The translations under genes were made by a program, and so were the position numbers. A stretch of DNA of 63,040 bases, filler included, from Asterionella formosa (Eukaryota), in assembly GCA_002256025.1 (NCBI GenBank). It is 4 parts of 4 records of this genome, joined end to end, with 100 filler letters (N's around TTAATTAATTAA, not from the genome) between each part and the next. Parts side by side here need not be neighbours in the genome. Positions count along the whole stretch, not along the records: positions 1 to 15,697 come from NKIB01005315.1; 3 more parts are not named here. One strand, given 5' to 3'. Shown here one piece after another: positions 1-11,900 of the stretch (positions within the stretch are counted from its first letter, which is position 1; each line of letters opens with the position of its first letter). The notes below the pieces were generated by a model. It was not told the DNA's origin. It saw only the letters and a program-made list of their open reading frames with translations, and did not search any database.

Positions 1-1127
1 CTTTCCCTACACCGGTACCGTATGCTGATGCTGATGCTGATTTATTGGGAAACAGGTAAGCAGTAATGTGTGGGAAGGACAGACGTGCTTGGGACTCGGG
101 CACCATTGCTCAGGAGGGGAACTGGCTTACTGCAGGCAGACGAGCGAGGAGGACGACGGATTGCTTCATTACTTGTTTGTTTTGACGAAGCAACTGCGTC
201 ATGATGACGAATTTTTTTCCAGTGCCGGGGTACCACCCTCCTGGCACGTGTTTCAACCAGCCAGCCAAGTCAAGTACAGTAGTAGCCATGCGTTCTTTGC
301 ACCATGATCTATCTGTATTCTACAATACTGATGTGATACCGATACTGTTGTCAGTTACCCCCACCAGCCAAGCACTTTATGGCTCGTGGTCCCTGTAACG
401 ACATTCGCTCATCAGGAAACATATTGCGTTGCACCAAAGTATCTGGTTCTACTGGATCACTACGTATGGTACACTGCTCACACGGTCACATCCACACTGG
501 TAGACTAGATACTATATATATACACCACCGGACTAAATCATACTCAGTGGTACGACAACAATACTCGGTATGCTTGTTTGGCTCACTCCTCTTTGAATAC
601 CGGTACCTGGTACCAGGTAATGACTGGTTACCTGGTACATAAGATACATCCCTTCATTTTATGTCCATACGTACTTTCCTCCTCAGTATCTGGTACCTGG
701 TACCACCACCGGTAAATTATTATATAGAAAAGTGATAGTCTGGTTAAAAGTGTATGATGACACACATCATGTGGTCGCCTTCCGGCGAGATTTCAAGCGC
801 TGTGGATTCCCACATGTTTCATGATTTCGGAATCAAATGAGATCTATATTTTTTTCATTTTGTACCTGTATATGTACCGGTAGTCGACAACAGTTGTGTG
901 TATTCCCAAACATGGTTTCCTCACCTGCTGGCAAAACAATCCCATGGGATTCAGCATGATTGCTTCCGGATTGCTCCTTTGGCAAATGATCTATAGAAGT
1001 TGTTGTTGTTACCTGCCTTTCACAAAAATTCCACTTTCTTTCCAAATAAAAGAAGTAATAGCTATACATCACTGTATTTATAGTGGTCGTAGCAGGTACA
1101 AAAGTAAACTCTATCCACGTGAGGAGG

Positions 1128-2294
1128 ATGTATTGTGGATCAGCATCCCTACCGTCATGGATAGCGACGGCACTTTTCATCATGATGTTGTCCCATCAAC
1201 CATGGTGTAGTAATGGTGGTAGTCCAACTTCGGAATATACATTGATTCACTCATCCTCGTATCATTTGTATCTGCTTGGTCGTACAACTGGTATTACTGC
1301 TACTGCTGCAAAGTTGAGTTTGGAAGCGACTAAAAGATTACAACAATCCATGAAACATGTGATTATTGGTATGGACGAAAAAGTGGCAAGCAATCATACA
1401 TCATCATCAGCAGAAACAACAATTGAAAATGCATTGGTTCATGTAGATGTTATTTTTCAGCCGTTGGCTCCTCATGGAGACAAGGAACGAGAATTCTTTT
1501 ACCAGCAGCAGCAACAACAACTGCATGACTACTCGAAAAATACAACAATAGCAACAGCAAGTAACACAATCTTGATTCCATTTGTTGTCTTGGGGACGTA
1601 TGAACATTGGATTTCGCTTTTAGAATGGGATCAACGGATTCGTAATGCCTTGAGCACTCTATCCTTTCGTACTGCCATTTACAACGAAATTGAATTGCGA
1701 ACTGTGGTGGATATTGTTCTGATCAAGCAACGTTCAGGTCATGGTAGTAGTCGAGCGAACGAGGAGGGCAATTTGTCCGGGGGAATGGTGGTACTTTTGG
1801 TAACAAGTGCGGCTGTGGTTGCAGTAATGGCGGCCATGGTAATGATGATTGTGGTCTTGAGACGGCCAATCAAGAAATCCGAGAGTTGCAGTAATGATTC
1901 CACGTCATTTCCCAATGGTAGCACTCGTCCTCCTGCTGAGCTGCCGCCCTGCAGCAACATTTACAACGGTCGAGCGACGAGCGGTAGCCTTGAGACTCCG
2001 AACCTGCAGACTCCCCAGCAACAACAACATGACTTGGGAGTACCGGTAATTTTTGTTGCCACTTGTACGAAGGCTCATGAAAGCACGGCCGCTAGCAACG
2101 ACGGCCAGGAGCTGGTAAACGATTATTCGATAGTCAATTGTCCTGCTGCAATCGCTTCGCCATTGAAGAGCGGATTTTTCAAGATTGTGATTGCAGATTG
2201 GTTTCATTCCATTCACGAAGAAGAATCCAAGGCATCGTCATCTTCGTCGGTGGAATCTTGTGGTGGTTGGTCGACTGGAACGTCGTCTCTATGA
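1128..2294 (+). CDS. Hypothetical single-pass membrane protein
   Basis: Long ORF (track 1083..2294; first ATG 1128). Hydrophobic N-terminus, strong TM segment (GMVVLLVTSAAVVAVMAAMVMMIVVL) followed by basic RRPIKK, Ser-rich tail. No family recognised. Confidence 0.55.
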   Translation: MYCGSASLPSWIATALFIMMLSHQPWCSNGGSPTSEYTLIHSSSYHLYLLGRTTGITATAAKLSLEATKRLQQSMKHVIIGMDEKVASNHTSSSAETTIENALVHVDVIFQPLAPHGDKEREFFYQQQQQQLHDYSKNTTIATASNTILIPFVVLGTYEHWISLLEWDQRIRNALSTLSFRTAIYNEIELRTVVDIVLIKQRSGHGSSRANEEGNLSGGMVVLLVTSAAVVAVMAAMVMMIVVLRRPIKKSESCSNDSTSFPNGSTRPPAELPPCSNIYNGRATSGSLETPNLQTPQQQQHDLGVPVIFVATCTKAHESTAASNDGQELVNDYSIVNCPAAIASPLKSGFFKIVIADWFHSIHEEESKASSSSSVESCGGWSTGTSSL

Positions 2295-3922
2295 TAGCAG
2301 CCATCATGTTTAATGGGCCGATGCAGGATTGAAATACGCCTCATTGCGAGAAAGCCGATGACGATACACAAGGAGTCGAATCGTACGGCACGATTGACCT
2401 ACGGTACATTACCGGTACAAGGGGACCGTATCGCGGTACTGGCATTCATATTATTCGCTCCTGTGCATACGTGATTTTGGTACTAATATTAGGGTACAGG
2501 ACGTTACATCTACTGTATTAGCTAAAGAATTATTTAAGAAAGCAACAGTTGATGATTGTGCTGCCATGATGTCTGATGTAACTCTAGTGGGCGCTTTCGA
2601 AATACCAAAATATTTTGTGCCAAAATTACAATATCACAAATACTTTCATGATCTGATAATGGGCACGCTCTGATATTAAAAAATTATTACATATGATGTG
2701 TGTATTATAACACAATTTGTTTTGGCGATTTGACACATAATAACGTCATCGCGCTCTGATAATCAAGATATTTTAATGTACGTGCAAAGTATGATATAAC
2801 ATTAGAACAATTGCAACTTGCATTTAATTGTTGAATGTGCAACCCCGAAAGTGGCAATGGCGGGAAGGAATGCAAGGATGGTATGCTCGTTTTGAGGATT
2901 GTAGCTACTGCCCGGTAACCAACAAATATGCGACAGTATGGTCCATGGTCCATGTAGGTGGAACAACTGTAGAAAGTATACCGAATGACAATTATTCCAT
3001 TCATCTTATATTTATGATAGTGGCTTTTTGTATTCGGTTTTCCGTAAATATTTGATTGGCCGGCCGATGTAAAGCAGCATAGCAGGCAATGAATATCCAG
3101 GTCCGTGAATGTTTACTTGGTTTGTTCGATTTATTTCATATCAGAAACAGAGAATAATATGTTCACGTCTATATAACTCATTAAAAACGAATTTTTTCGA
3201 GTACTTGGTACCCCGATCCTGAGGTAGAAATTTGGTGGTATGTTGTTGCCAATTTAATCCGTCCCAAAAGAACGGGAAGAACACCAGTGGTGCCGGCGCA
3301 TCGACGCAACTATTATTGGACGGAAGGAGTACCAGGCAGGGTACAAACAGGTACCAAATGATTCGCCTCATCAACATCGACTGCGACCTCGCAGTTTGCA
3401 TTTACAGAATGTCTTTTAAAGGTGATACTGTAGCTGAAACAATGCACAAAAACCGATTTTCCTGCCGTCGCGACGGTTGGGTACCAGGTACCTGCGCACG
3501 CATTCATAGTATGTCTCGCGCCAGTTTTGAAACCGGGCAGATGGAACACATACGCACACGGTACATAAATCAACCAACCAAACGCATTTATTCCGTTACG
3601 TGAGTTTTAACACATAAAATATTCATTTCAAAAGAATACATACAATCATTTTTATACTCATCCTCCAACAAACAGCTGCCAATCAATAGACGACCGGTAA
3701 TTTAACTTCCTCATCTATACAACAAAACAACGCACGCCCCATTCAACCTCCATTGGAGCCGACGATTCCAGACCATTGCGTTCGAATCTACGAACTTAAT
3801 AACGCTTTTCTCATTCTGATTTCGAAATCAGACTCAGCATCGACAGACGCGCTACTGCATCATATCATAGACTATCATACCGTTACCGGTTGTCTATTAT
3901 TCATACAGTAGCCTATTTCTCA

Positions 3923-4963
3923 ATGGCTTCACCCTCGATTCCAGAGGATGCGACAATGACTGCAGCAGTAGGATCGTTCGTTTCGCCTCCAACGACCAAA
4001 CGACTCTGGTCGATGTTTCAAACGCCATTGGCCAACGATCAGGGCACTGCTCCTGCTACTACTGCGGAACAGGAGCGATCCATGATCCTCTCCATGGACT
4101 GCCTTCAGAGAGAGCAACGAGAACGTGCCGAACGCATGATACAAGATGACAACCATATGACGGAGGAAGATAATACCATGTTGTTGCCTATTAACGAACT
4201 TAGGAACAATGTCGATGAGGAGGCGGCGACGCACCGACAACTTCCTGTGCTCTCCTGGCGTCATGCCAAACTTCCTTCCTCCATCATCCCTCGACGAAGG
4301 AATTCCACTGGGGCGGATAGCGGTACGCTCGCCAGGGAGACTCCCTTTTGTTACAGTTTGGAATCACCACTCCATCTGGAGACAGGGGGGAGTGACAGCA
4401 TGCTGATGCCCGCAACAGGACTATTTCTTCCCAACGAAACTCCTACTACTATCACAAATAGTTGCTTCAGTTTCAGTGATTCAAATAGATTTCTCCTTCA
4501 ATTGCCAGATTACTCGCAAGAAATGGAATATTCAATGGATGCCGAAGATGCGGAGGAGGAGGATGCCGACGAGGTCGAGCTCATTCCTGCCTTTCGCCGT
4601 ATCCTTTTGCGTCCTAAACAACAACTGCTCTTGCATCATCATCAGTCTGACGCAGAAATACAACACAACAACCGAATGATAAAGAACATCAACAACCATT
4701 CCTCTGCGTCATCCTCATCTACAGGATCACCATTGGCAGTCCCTCCACAACCGGCCCTATTCAATTATGGATTGCCATTGCATTCCTTAGCACCTAAAGT
4801 TCCCAACCACAACAAAAACAGCAACTCTACCAAACCCAGTACTACCGATTTACCATTTTTACCCTTCATGACACCAGAATTTACGAGACCTACGTTACAA
4901 GATAAAGTTTTGTTTGATGGCTTTCAGACACCACCATCACTCTCCATGAGAAAGTCATCATAA
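3923..4963 (+). CDS. Hypothetical low-complexity/disordered protein
   Basis: 346-aa ORF from ATG 3923, rich in S/P/T with acidic and His/Gln tracts; no domain recognised. Confidence 0.6.
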   Translation: MASPSIPEDATMTAAVGSFVSPPTTKRLWSMFQTPLANDQGTAPATTAEQERSMILSMDCLQREQRERAERMIQDDNHMTEEDNTMLLPINELRNNVDEEAATHRQLPVLSWRHAKLPSSIIPRRRNSTGADSGTLARETPFCYSLESPLHLETGGSDSMLMPATGLFLPNETPTTITNSCFSFSDSNRFLLQLPDYSQEMEYSMDAEDAEEEDADEVELIPAFRRILLRPKQQLLLHHHQSDAEIQHNNRMIKNINNHSSASSSSTGSPLAVPPQPALFNYGLPLHSLAPKVPNHNKNSNSTKPSTTDLPFLPFMTPEFTRPTLQDKVLFDGFQTPPSLSMRKSS

Positions 4964-5141
4964 CATTGTAAAATATTCTCCTGTTTTTTAAGTATAGCAA
5001 AGTCATCTGTTCTCAGACGCTAGTAATGAAACTTGAAACTTGTTGAACAAACTATGGAACTTCATTGAGACTCGTCACATTTTTTGATTCATTTGCAGGA
5101 TCGCAAAAGTGAGAGCATTTTCGGTATATTAGTCTATATTT

Positions 5142-6419
5142 TTACCATGGATGAGTCCCATCGACCAAATCAATCCAAACTTCTGCTCGTCGTTTGCCCA
5201 TACTAAAAATAGCATCATATTGAGCAAATTGGACTCCATCTCCTTGCGATGGAACATTAATCCCATCTCTAGTCAAAGCTTCTCGTAATAACCGATCTGC
5301 TTTTCGAACCACAGGCTCCATACTGGCATCAGAAAAGTCAGAAATAGCCACAACTTTGGAAGGAATGACTAACAGTTGACATTTCCGCCATTGGGCATCC
5401 TGTGCTTTTTCTGTTGCCAAGTCTGGAATGGGCGGTGGAGTGTCATTACCTTGACCTGGTGTACAATAGTCCAATGGCCACAACATGAATTTATCAGAAG
5501 CTTCCTTGTTCTGAACAGTCATAATGGCTGGTCCCATGGGTGACATTCCTTTGGTAAAGGCCCCCAAACTTCCAAAGCCTTCATCGCGACGACCATATTT
5601 GATCTGCACTCCTGAAAAGGATGGGTACCTGCGTACTTCATATCCATTCCCACGTCTCAGTAATGTATATGGCAACTCTGGTGCTGCCGTGGCCGCTTGG
5701 ATCCCACCTGGTGAGAGTTGGGACAGAAAATCAGCCACCGCCACTTGTTTGTCAACGGGCCCGTAGGTTCCACCCTGTTTCAAATTGACAGAATCCCAAT
5801 AGTCAGTTTGCCCAACAATAATCACCCCCGTAGATGATGTGGATGGTGCTGCATTCACAACTACCTTGTAAATGGAAACCCCTGTAAATCTCGCTGTTGG
5901 GGTCCATGGCAATATCTTGGCAGTAACTCGGAGCGTCCACCTGGTCACAATGTCAGAAATAGTGCCGTCGTGAGCAACGTTTCCGCCTGTAATACTATGC
6001 AACTGAATGCCCGCATTGTCAAATAGCAATTTCCCCAAGAACGTTCTACTTGCCAACATATCCACGTTCTGTTGGTATGCTTGAACCCCCGCAAGGGATG
6101 TCATGGGATCATCAAAGGTCACGTCCTGGGCATAATACTCAGTTCGCATGGGGTCGAAGAAGGATATGTATTCACGTTCGAGGACTCGTTTGAGAGCTGC
6201 CACGGACGATTCAATGGAAGATGGCGTTGACGTTGATTTTGAAGAAGAAGCAAGCAGCAGAAATGACGGCTGCCTCGTTGGTGTAGTAGCTGCTGTAGCT
6301 GCTGATGTTAATGTTGACAGGGGCACAAAGGCCTGGCAAAATGATAAGCTGCAGAATGTAGCCACCAAGAAAGCTAGGGCGACGACTCGTATAGAGAGTG
6401 GTACTGGTACTGGTAACAT
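5142..6419 (-). CDS. Plastid-targeted SOUL haem-binding family protein with N-terminal DUF2358/SnoaL-like domain
   Basis: Signal peptide ending CQA-FVP (ASAFAP-like); YAQDVTFDDP...TRWTL...TDYWDS (DUF2358-like); YTLLRRGNGYEVRRYP and AQYDAIFSMGKRRAEVWI (SOUL-like). Confidence 0.85.
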   Translation of the reverse strand: MLPVPVPLSIRVVALAFLVATFCSLSFCQAFVPLSTLTSAATAATTPTRQPSFLLLASSSKSTSTPSSIESSVAALKRVLEREYISFFDPMRTEYYAQDVTFDDPMTSLAGVQAYQQNVDMLASRTFLGKLLFDNAGIQLHSITGGNVAHDGTISDIVTRWTLRVTAKILPWTPTARFTGVSIYKVVVNAAPSTSSTGVIIVGQTDYWDSVNLKQGGTYGPVDKQVAVADFLSQLSPGGIQAATAAPELPYTLLRRGNGYEVRRYPSFSGVQIKYGRRDEGFGSLGAFTKGMSPMGPAIMTVQNKEASDKFMLWPLDYCTPGQGNDTPPPIPDLATEKAQDAQWRKCQLLVIPSKVVAISDFSDASMEPVVRKADRLLREALTRDGINVPSQGDGVQFAQYDAIFSMGKRRAEVWIDLVDGTHPW

Positions 6420-7578
6420 GCTGGCAGGAGTGTAATGGTTGTAGATGATGTGTCGAGCGAAGAATGATTCGTATGCGCTTATGATTGATTGGCTTTTTAT
6501 ACCGGTATCTTCATTGTTAGTGTTCAGTTCCTCCTGGTTGGATTTCTGACTACCGGTACGGTAGGTAATTTCGTTGAATCATCTGTGCTAGTATCAAAGC
6601 ATTATAAATAGGAGTACCAACGGTACCTGTGGAAGGTCCGGTAAAACACGTAATCATAGCTAAATATCTGGACTACCGGACCTTGCTCTGGTACTTACTA
6701 GGTGCCAGGTATACCGTGCACCGGCATACACCTGTTGCCCATGTACTACTGGTACCTGGTATCCTGGTACCCTGGTACCAGGTAGTCCACTCGGTTGCAT
6801 CCTGGTATACAACCAACACCATCGTACGTGAGTCCGGACGGTGTCATCTCAAGGAAGAAGTGTCGTGTCGTGCATCGTGTGCATACATCATATCGGTACA
6901 TATGCATACAGGGCCTACTGTGTACCAGGTACCAGGTACCAGGAGGCAAATTCACAACCACATCATACAATTACCGGTATTACCGGTATCTGGACTACCG
7001 TACTGGTACGGTATCCAAATTCAGATACATTTTATAAACTTCGAATGACATCATCGACCGTGTCATTCACTCCGTCATTGAATTAATGCTAAATATTTTT
7101 ATATGTGATTTCTTATCATCATATCATGGTGCGATACGTACTACTACTGCTAGTACGTGGTAAAACTATTTATTTACATACAGATATATATATTTGGATT
7201 CATTTTTTCTAGTGCAAATAAACACTGGTGCATTCTTTTAATTTTTGTTCTTTCCCGATGTCATATTATAAGTGGTGGTGTGAAACGAAACACGTCGCTC
7301 CCTCCACTCCTATATATGTTCCTGTTAGTGTATGATTCATTGCTTCTGTTTGTTCTGAGGAAGGACCGAATTGTTTACCTACTTGTGGATAGAGTGATCG
7401 AGAGAGAGAGAGGTGCAGAACATTCCCAAATTCCGTACCTTGACAGTTGCATTGTATTCGCATTCAGAGCTCAACGTATCGTATCGTATCGTCTCTCATT
7501 GTCCATATCAGAAGCGCTTCCTATCAACTCAGGAATATCATTGACAAACACACACACACATACACAGACTCAACGACA

Positions 7579-8505
7579 ATGAGATTCCTTCTTTACGCCA
7601 GCACCAAGAAACCTTCAAAGCATTGGAGTAAGATTGCCTCGGCTGCTCTTGAATCATCTTCAACGTTTGCTGTGCCACAGCAACAGCAACAACCACAGCA
7701 GCAACCACAGCAACAAGCATGGGGCCAACAATGCTCGCCTCAATGTGGATGTGTCTTGAGATTCGAATGCACAACAACATCAACAAAGAAAAATGAGTCG
7801 TCTGCCATTATTACTTCGGCACAGTATCATGCCAAACGAGTCGTTACCACCAAACATAAAAATGGTCACTTGGAACCACTTACGGCATGGCCACTCATGG
7901 TCCCATGTACATGTCAGACCTTACATACCTTGGCACAACAGGTGGTCCAGTACATGGTCCATCAAAAAATGACAACTGTGCAGCAGTCGACAGAATATAC
8001 TGGAGTGCGATCGTCGTTGGCCATGCAACATGCTGTATTAACCGCCCAAAATTTGCCAGCCAAAGATACGACCTGCTTTGATTTAGTCGAAGAAGCATTG
8101 ATTGCCATGACCAAGGGATATTTACCAAATCAACGATCGACAACAATGTCATTCCCACAGGCTTTGGCGCAACGTTACACAGTACCAGTGGAGGTAGTAT
8201 CAAGTACAAATACCGGTACTCCTTCCACAATCAACATGGAGAGTGTGACTCGGTATGGGCGATCCTTGCGTCGGAGCAGCAGCAGTCAATCATTTGGACA
8301 AGACGAATCTATATCCGTGACATCACCACGAAGTATGAGTGCACTTACTATGTTCGATTTAGCGTTGATGGAGGAATTTCATTTACAAGATAAGGAGGAT
8401 TCGATAATGAATCCAGCGGCAACCGTACCACCATCAACAGCAAGCATGGATTGGGAATCATATGTAGATACCTTGTATCATCGAGACGAGGATCAAATGG
8501 CATAA
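7579..8505 (+). CDS. Hypothetical protein with divergent IscU/SufU (NifU_N)-like domain
   Basis: 308-aa ORF from ATG 7579; GQQCSPQCGCVLRF...CTCQTL...LPAKDTTCFDLVEEALIAMTKGY parallels the IscU GxPxCGDVM...GC...LPPVKxHCSxLAEDA pattern. Confidence 0.6.
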   Translation: MRFLLYASTKKPSKHWSKIASAALESSSTFAVPQQQQQPQQQPQQQAWGQQCSPQCGCVLRFECTTTSTKKNESSAIITSAQYHAKRVVTTKHKNGHLEPLTAWPLMVPCTCQTLHTLAQQVVQYMVHQKMTTVQQSTEYTGVRSSLAMQHAVLTAQNLPAKDTTCFDLVEEALIAMTKGYLPNQRSTTMSFPQALAQRYTVPVEVVSSTNTGTPSTINMESVTRYGRSLRRSSSSQSFGQDESISVTSPRSMSALTMFDLALMEEFHLQDKEDSIMNPAATVPPSTASMDWESYVDTLYHRDEDQMA

Positions 8506-8924
8506 ATTTTCTTTACATGATGCGTTTCTTCGTCGCTGCATGTGGCGTTCTATCTTATTAGCAGGCTGTTTTTGTCTCTGTGATGTATTCCCTACCTACA
8601 TATAGTAGTAGTCACGTTAAAAAGTGATATTGGTTGTTCAGAGAACATTATTGTTTGACAAAATACCCCATCGAGGGTGTAACTTATTTCATCTAACTTT
8701 CGAATGCCTGTAAATGTATAATAGGGTGCTCAAAATACGGTCTTGGATCCGAGGCCGGACTGAAATTTGTAATTCATTGATATTTAATGGAACTTGTGAT
8801 CGCTACGAACTAGAACGGCACACATGTACATAACACCATTTTTGTTAAAGAATACTCTTGCTTCAAGCTTGGGAGGCACATGACAAGAACTCTTATAGAC
8901 ATGAGACTCGAACATAGTATAGTT

Positions 8925-11900
8925 CTATGCTTGGCCTTCGATGCCACTCGTTGTGCTACTCAACATCATACAAGATAAGTCCAACTGATCCACTGACCCT
9001 CGACCGTCTTGCCACTCAGGGGGAAGATCCACAAGCGTCACATTTTCTAACGGAACTCGACGAGGAACATGAAGCACGTCACGAAAGATTTCTGCTGGTA
9101 CAATTTCTCGTAACGAATCCAGCAAGGGATCGGACAACAAACCCAGTCCAAGGCATTGTTGTAGAAGATTTCGCACCATTGTATGTTGTTCCTTCAACGC
9201 CACAATTCGAAAAATTGGAGCAACGCAGGCTGGTGTAAGAGAGCCAGCTGTTCGGGCATCGTTGAATATCGTCAGAGCTTGGAGTAGTAAAGTGTCAGAG
9301 CTTGCTTCCGTTTCTACCAAATTCTTTAAAGCAAGGGAAAATTCATTCTCGTCATGAAGAATCTCCAATTGTAATTGTTCCTTGGATGCTTGCTGCTGCA
9401 CATGTACATAGATACCATTTACGCAAACCCTATCAAGCCTTTCAGTGACGGCAACGTCATTTAGTCTGTCACTTTCCTTCGTAGATTCTGAAGAAAACTG
9501 GCGGAATAATAAACGTTGCTCATCAGGGTTGAGCGGAGTCCTCCATTTCTGTGGTAGACTCTCTATGGACGTATCTTCGACACCTGATGACAAGGGGAGC
9601 TCGAGCACATTACGGAACATTTCTAACGGGACAGACTGGCGAAAACGGTCAAGATTCAGGGGAGAAACCATGCCCACCTTTTTGCAACCATTCATTAACT
9701 TGCATATGCCAGACAGTCTCATTTCTCGATTGATGGCATACGCATCAAAAATATTAATAATCGAGGCAAAAATATGTGGAGTGAGCGAACCAGTTTCAGA
9801 TGCCTCCTTGAAGATTTCTAACGCCCTTAAAAGATGAGATGAACACCCCCCTGGCTCTTCCATGACTTTCAGGGCAAGTTGAAACATCTTTGGACTTGGT
9901 GTTTTCTCTTCGTTGTACTTGTCTTGGTATAAGCGTAAAAGCTCTAATGTCTGCTCAACACGATCTGGTTGTTTTGAGTTTCGGATAGCGTCCATACAAA
10001 TACAAATTGACAAAATATTCGGTGTACTTCCTCGATCGATCATGCGGTGGAGAACATTGCTGCACTTTTCGCTATCGCCCGGCATGCCCCTCCGTTGATA
10101 ACAACTCATTGCAGTATTATAGGTGACTTGATCCGGCCTGACTTTGACATTCTGTTGGATCCACATTTCCTCCAAGAGGCTATCTACCAGATCAGCTTGG
10201 ATAGGTAAGGACTTTGAAATGGCCTTCATGACAACGTTGTACGAAATCGTACTCAAAGCAGCATTCCGATCATTTTGGCTATACTTTTCCTGAAGGCGAA
10301 GAACCTTCTCAGCACGCTCACCAGCTTCGTTTCGGCCGCTGTTTGCCCACTTATTTAGTGCTGAAGCGAAAAGAACGATGGGGACTTTGATTTCACTGCT
10401 TTCAGCTTGTACTACAAGGTCATGAAGCAAGGTGTCGGCGACATCAGCTGGCGATGATTCGAAAAATGTTCTCAATGAATTCATGTCTGGTGCCAAGAAC
10501 GGTAATGTTTGCGATGCGCTAATCATAAGGGCGTAAAGCTGCCGGACTCGATCATCGCCGTCGCTTGTATTTAGCTTCGAGTAGGCATTCATAACAACAT
10601 TAAAACAATTGGCATTCAGGCGTCGGGACGGATGCATTCTGTCGACACCTTCGAAATTGGCGGCCTCCAAGTTCAAATCCAAAAATGTCATCAAGTGCTC
10701 TTCAGCTTGAGCAATTGCGGGAAATGTTCCAATTTTGGTCCAAGCCTTCATGACATTGCTATACGACATGCGATCTGGTATCAGATCTGTGCGTTCCATT
10801 TTCACTAACACGCTTTCTGCAGCATTTGTCGACCTTGAGCCTTCGGCAGCTTCAGCAATAAAATGAAGAGCGACATTGTAGAGCGCAAGTTGATCTTCTT
10901 TTGCAGCCAACGGTAGCTGTGCTAGCTTGCTATCCATCATATTAATTATTTCCTTGACCTTGTTGTGCGACTTTGAATTCAAAATACTTTGAAACCCCTC
11001 ATTTTGCACAACCGTACTTTTGAGCGACTGCATCAATCCTTCAATATCCTCGTTGCCTTTATAATACTTTATGTACATGCCACGCACTCGTTCCAACAGT
11101 GCTCCGTCTGGTTTGACGCTTGACATGTAGCGCTTCATATTGGATGGAGCTTCCATACGGGCCCGTTCCAGAAGCAGCATATGCCGCATCAGTTCCGTGA
11201 CGCGGTCAAGATGCAAGGAATTCCCATGAATTGTATATCCCCGCACCACAAGTCGAAAGGACTCGTCCAGTGGATGGGCTTGGACGTTGGCTCTGTAGGG
11301 GTCATTCTTTAACACTTGTAGTTGCTTCTCATACTCGGTACATAATCGACCTAACACAGCATCAGCGCGCTCAACTCCTTGTATCGTTTGTAAATTGGAC
11401 CATGCTGCAATAACACTATTGAAAATATATCGATTGGGTCGTTGATTTTTTCGTAGTGTCATCATTTGATCTAGGAAGGCTTCTGCGACCTCTGCATCGT
11501 GGATTGTTTTCGTACCATGTTCATATGCCATGAAAAGATATTTCCATGTTCGTAAATTTGGCATGGAATGCGTCTGAATATGATCAAAAACTTGTTTGGC
11601 TTGATTCGGTGGATTATGCATTTGAGCACGCATCACATGATTATGTGTCAAAATGTCCAATGGTACTTCTTCGGCGATGGCATTGTCCCACAATAATCGT
11701 ACTTGCTGCGACGCCATTGGGGTGTTACATTCAGCCCATGCCCGTATGGCCACACCGTATGTAATAGGCAATTGATCTTCACTCCATGAAATTGATTCTC
11801 TGGCTGCATCTAAATACTCCATCATGGCCCCACAAAGGTCCATTTGTTGTTCCACGGAGGTCAGTAGAGTTGTGGCTTTGGCATACGCCGTAATAACAGC

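Noticed and set aside
6629..7086. Short ORFs with recurring VPGT/WYQVP/YRY peptides (also near 13575, 39828, 46817)
   Set aside because: These are translations of the GGTACC/TACCGGTA arrays, not a protein family.
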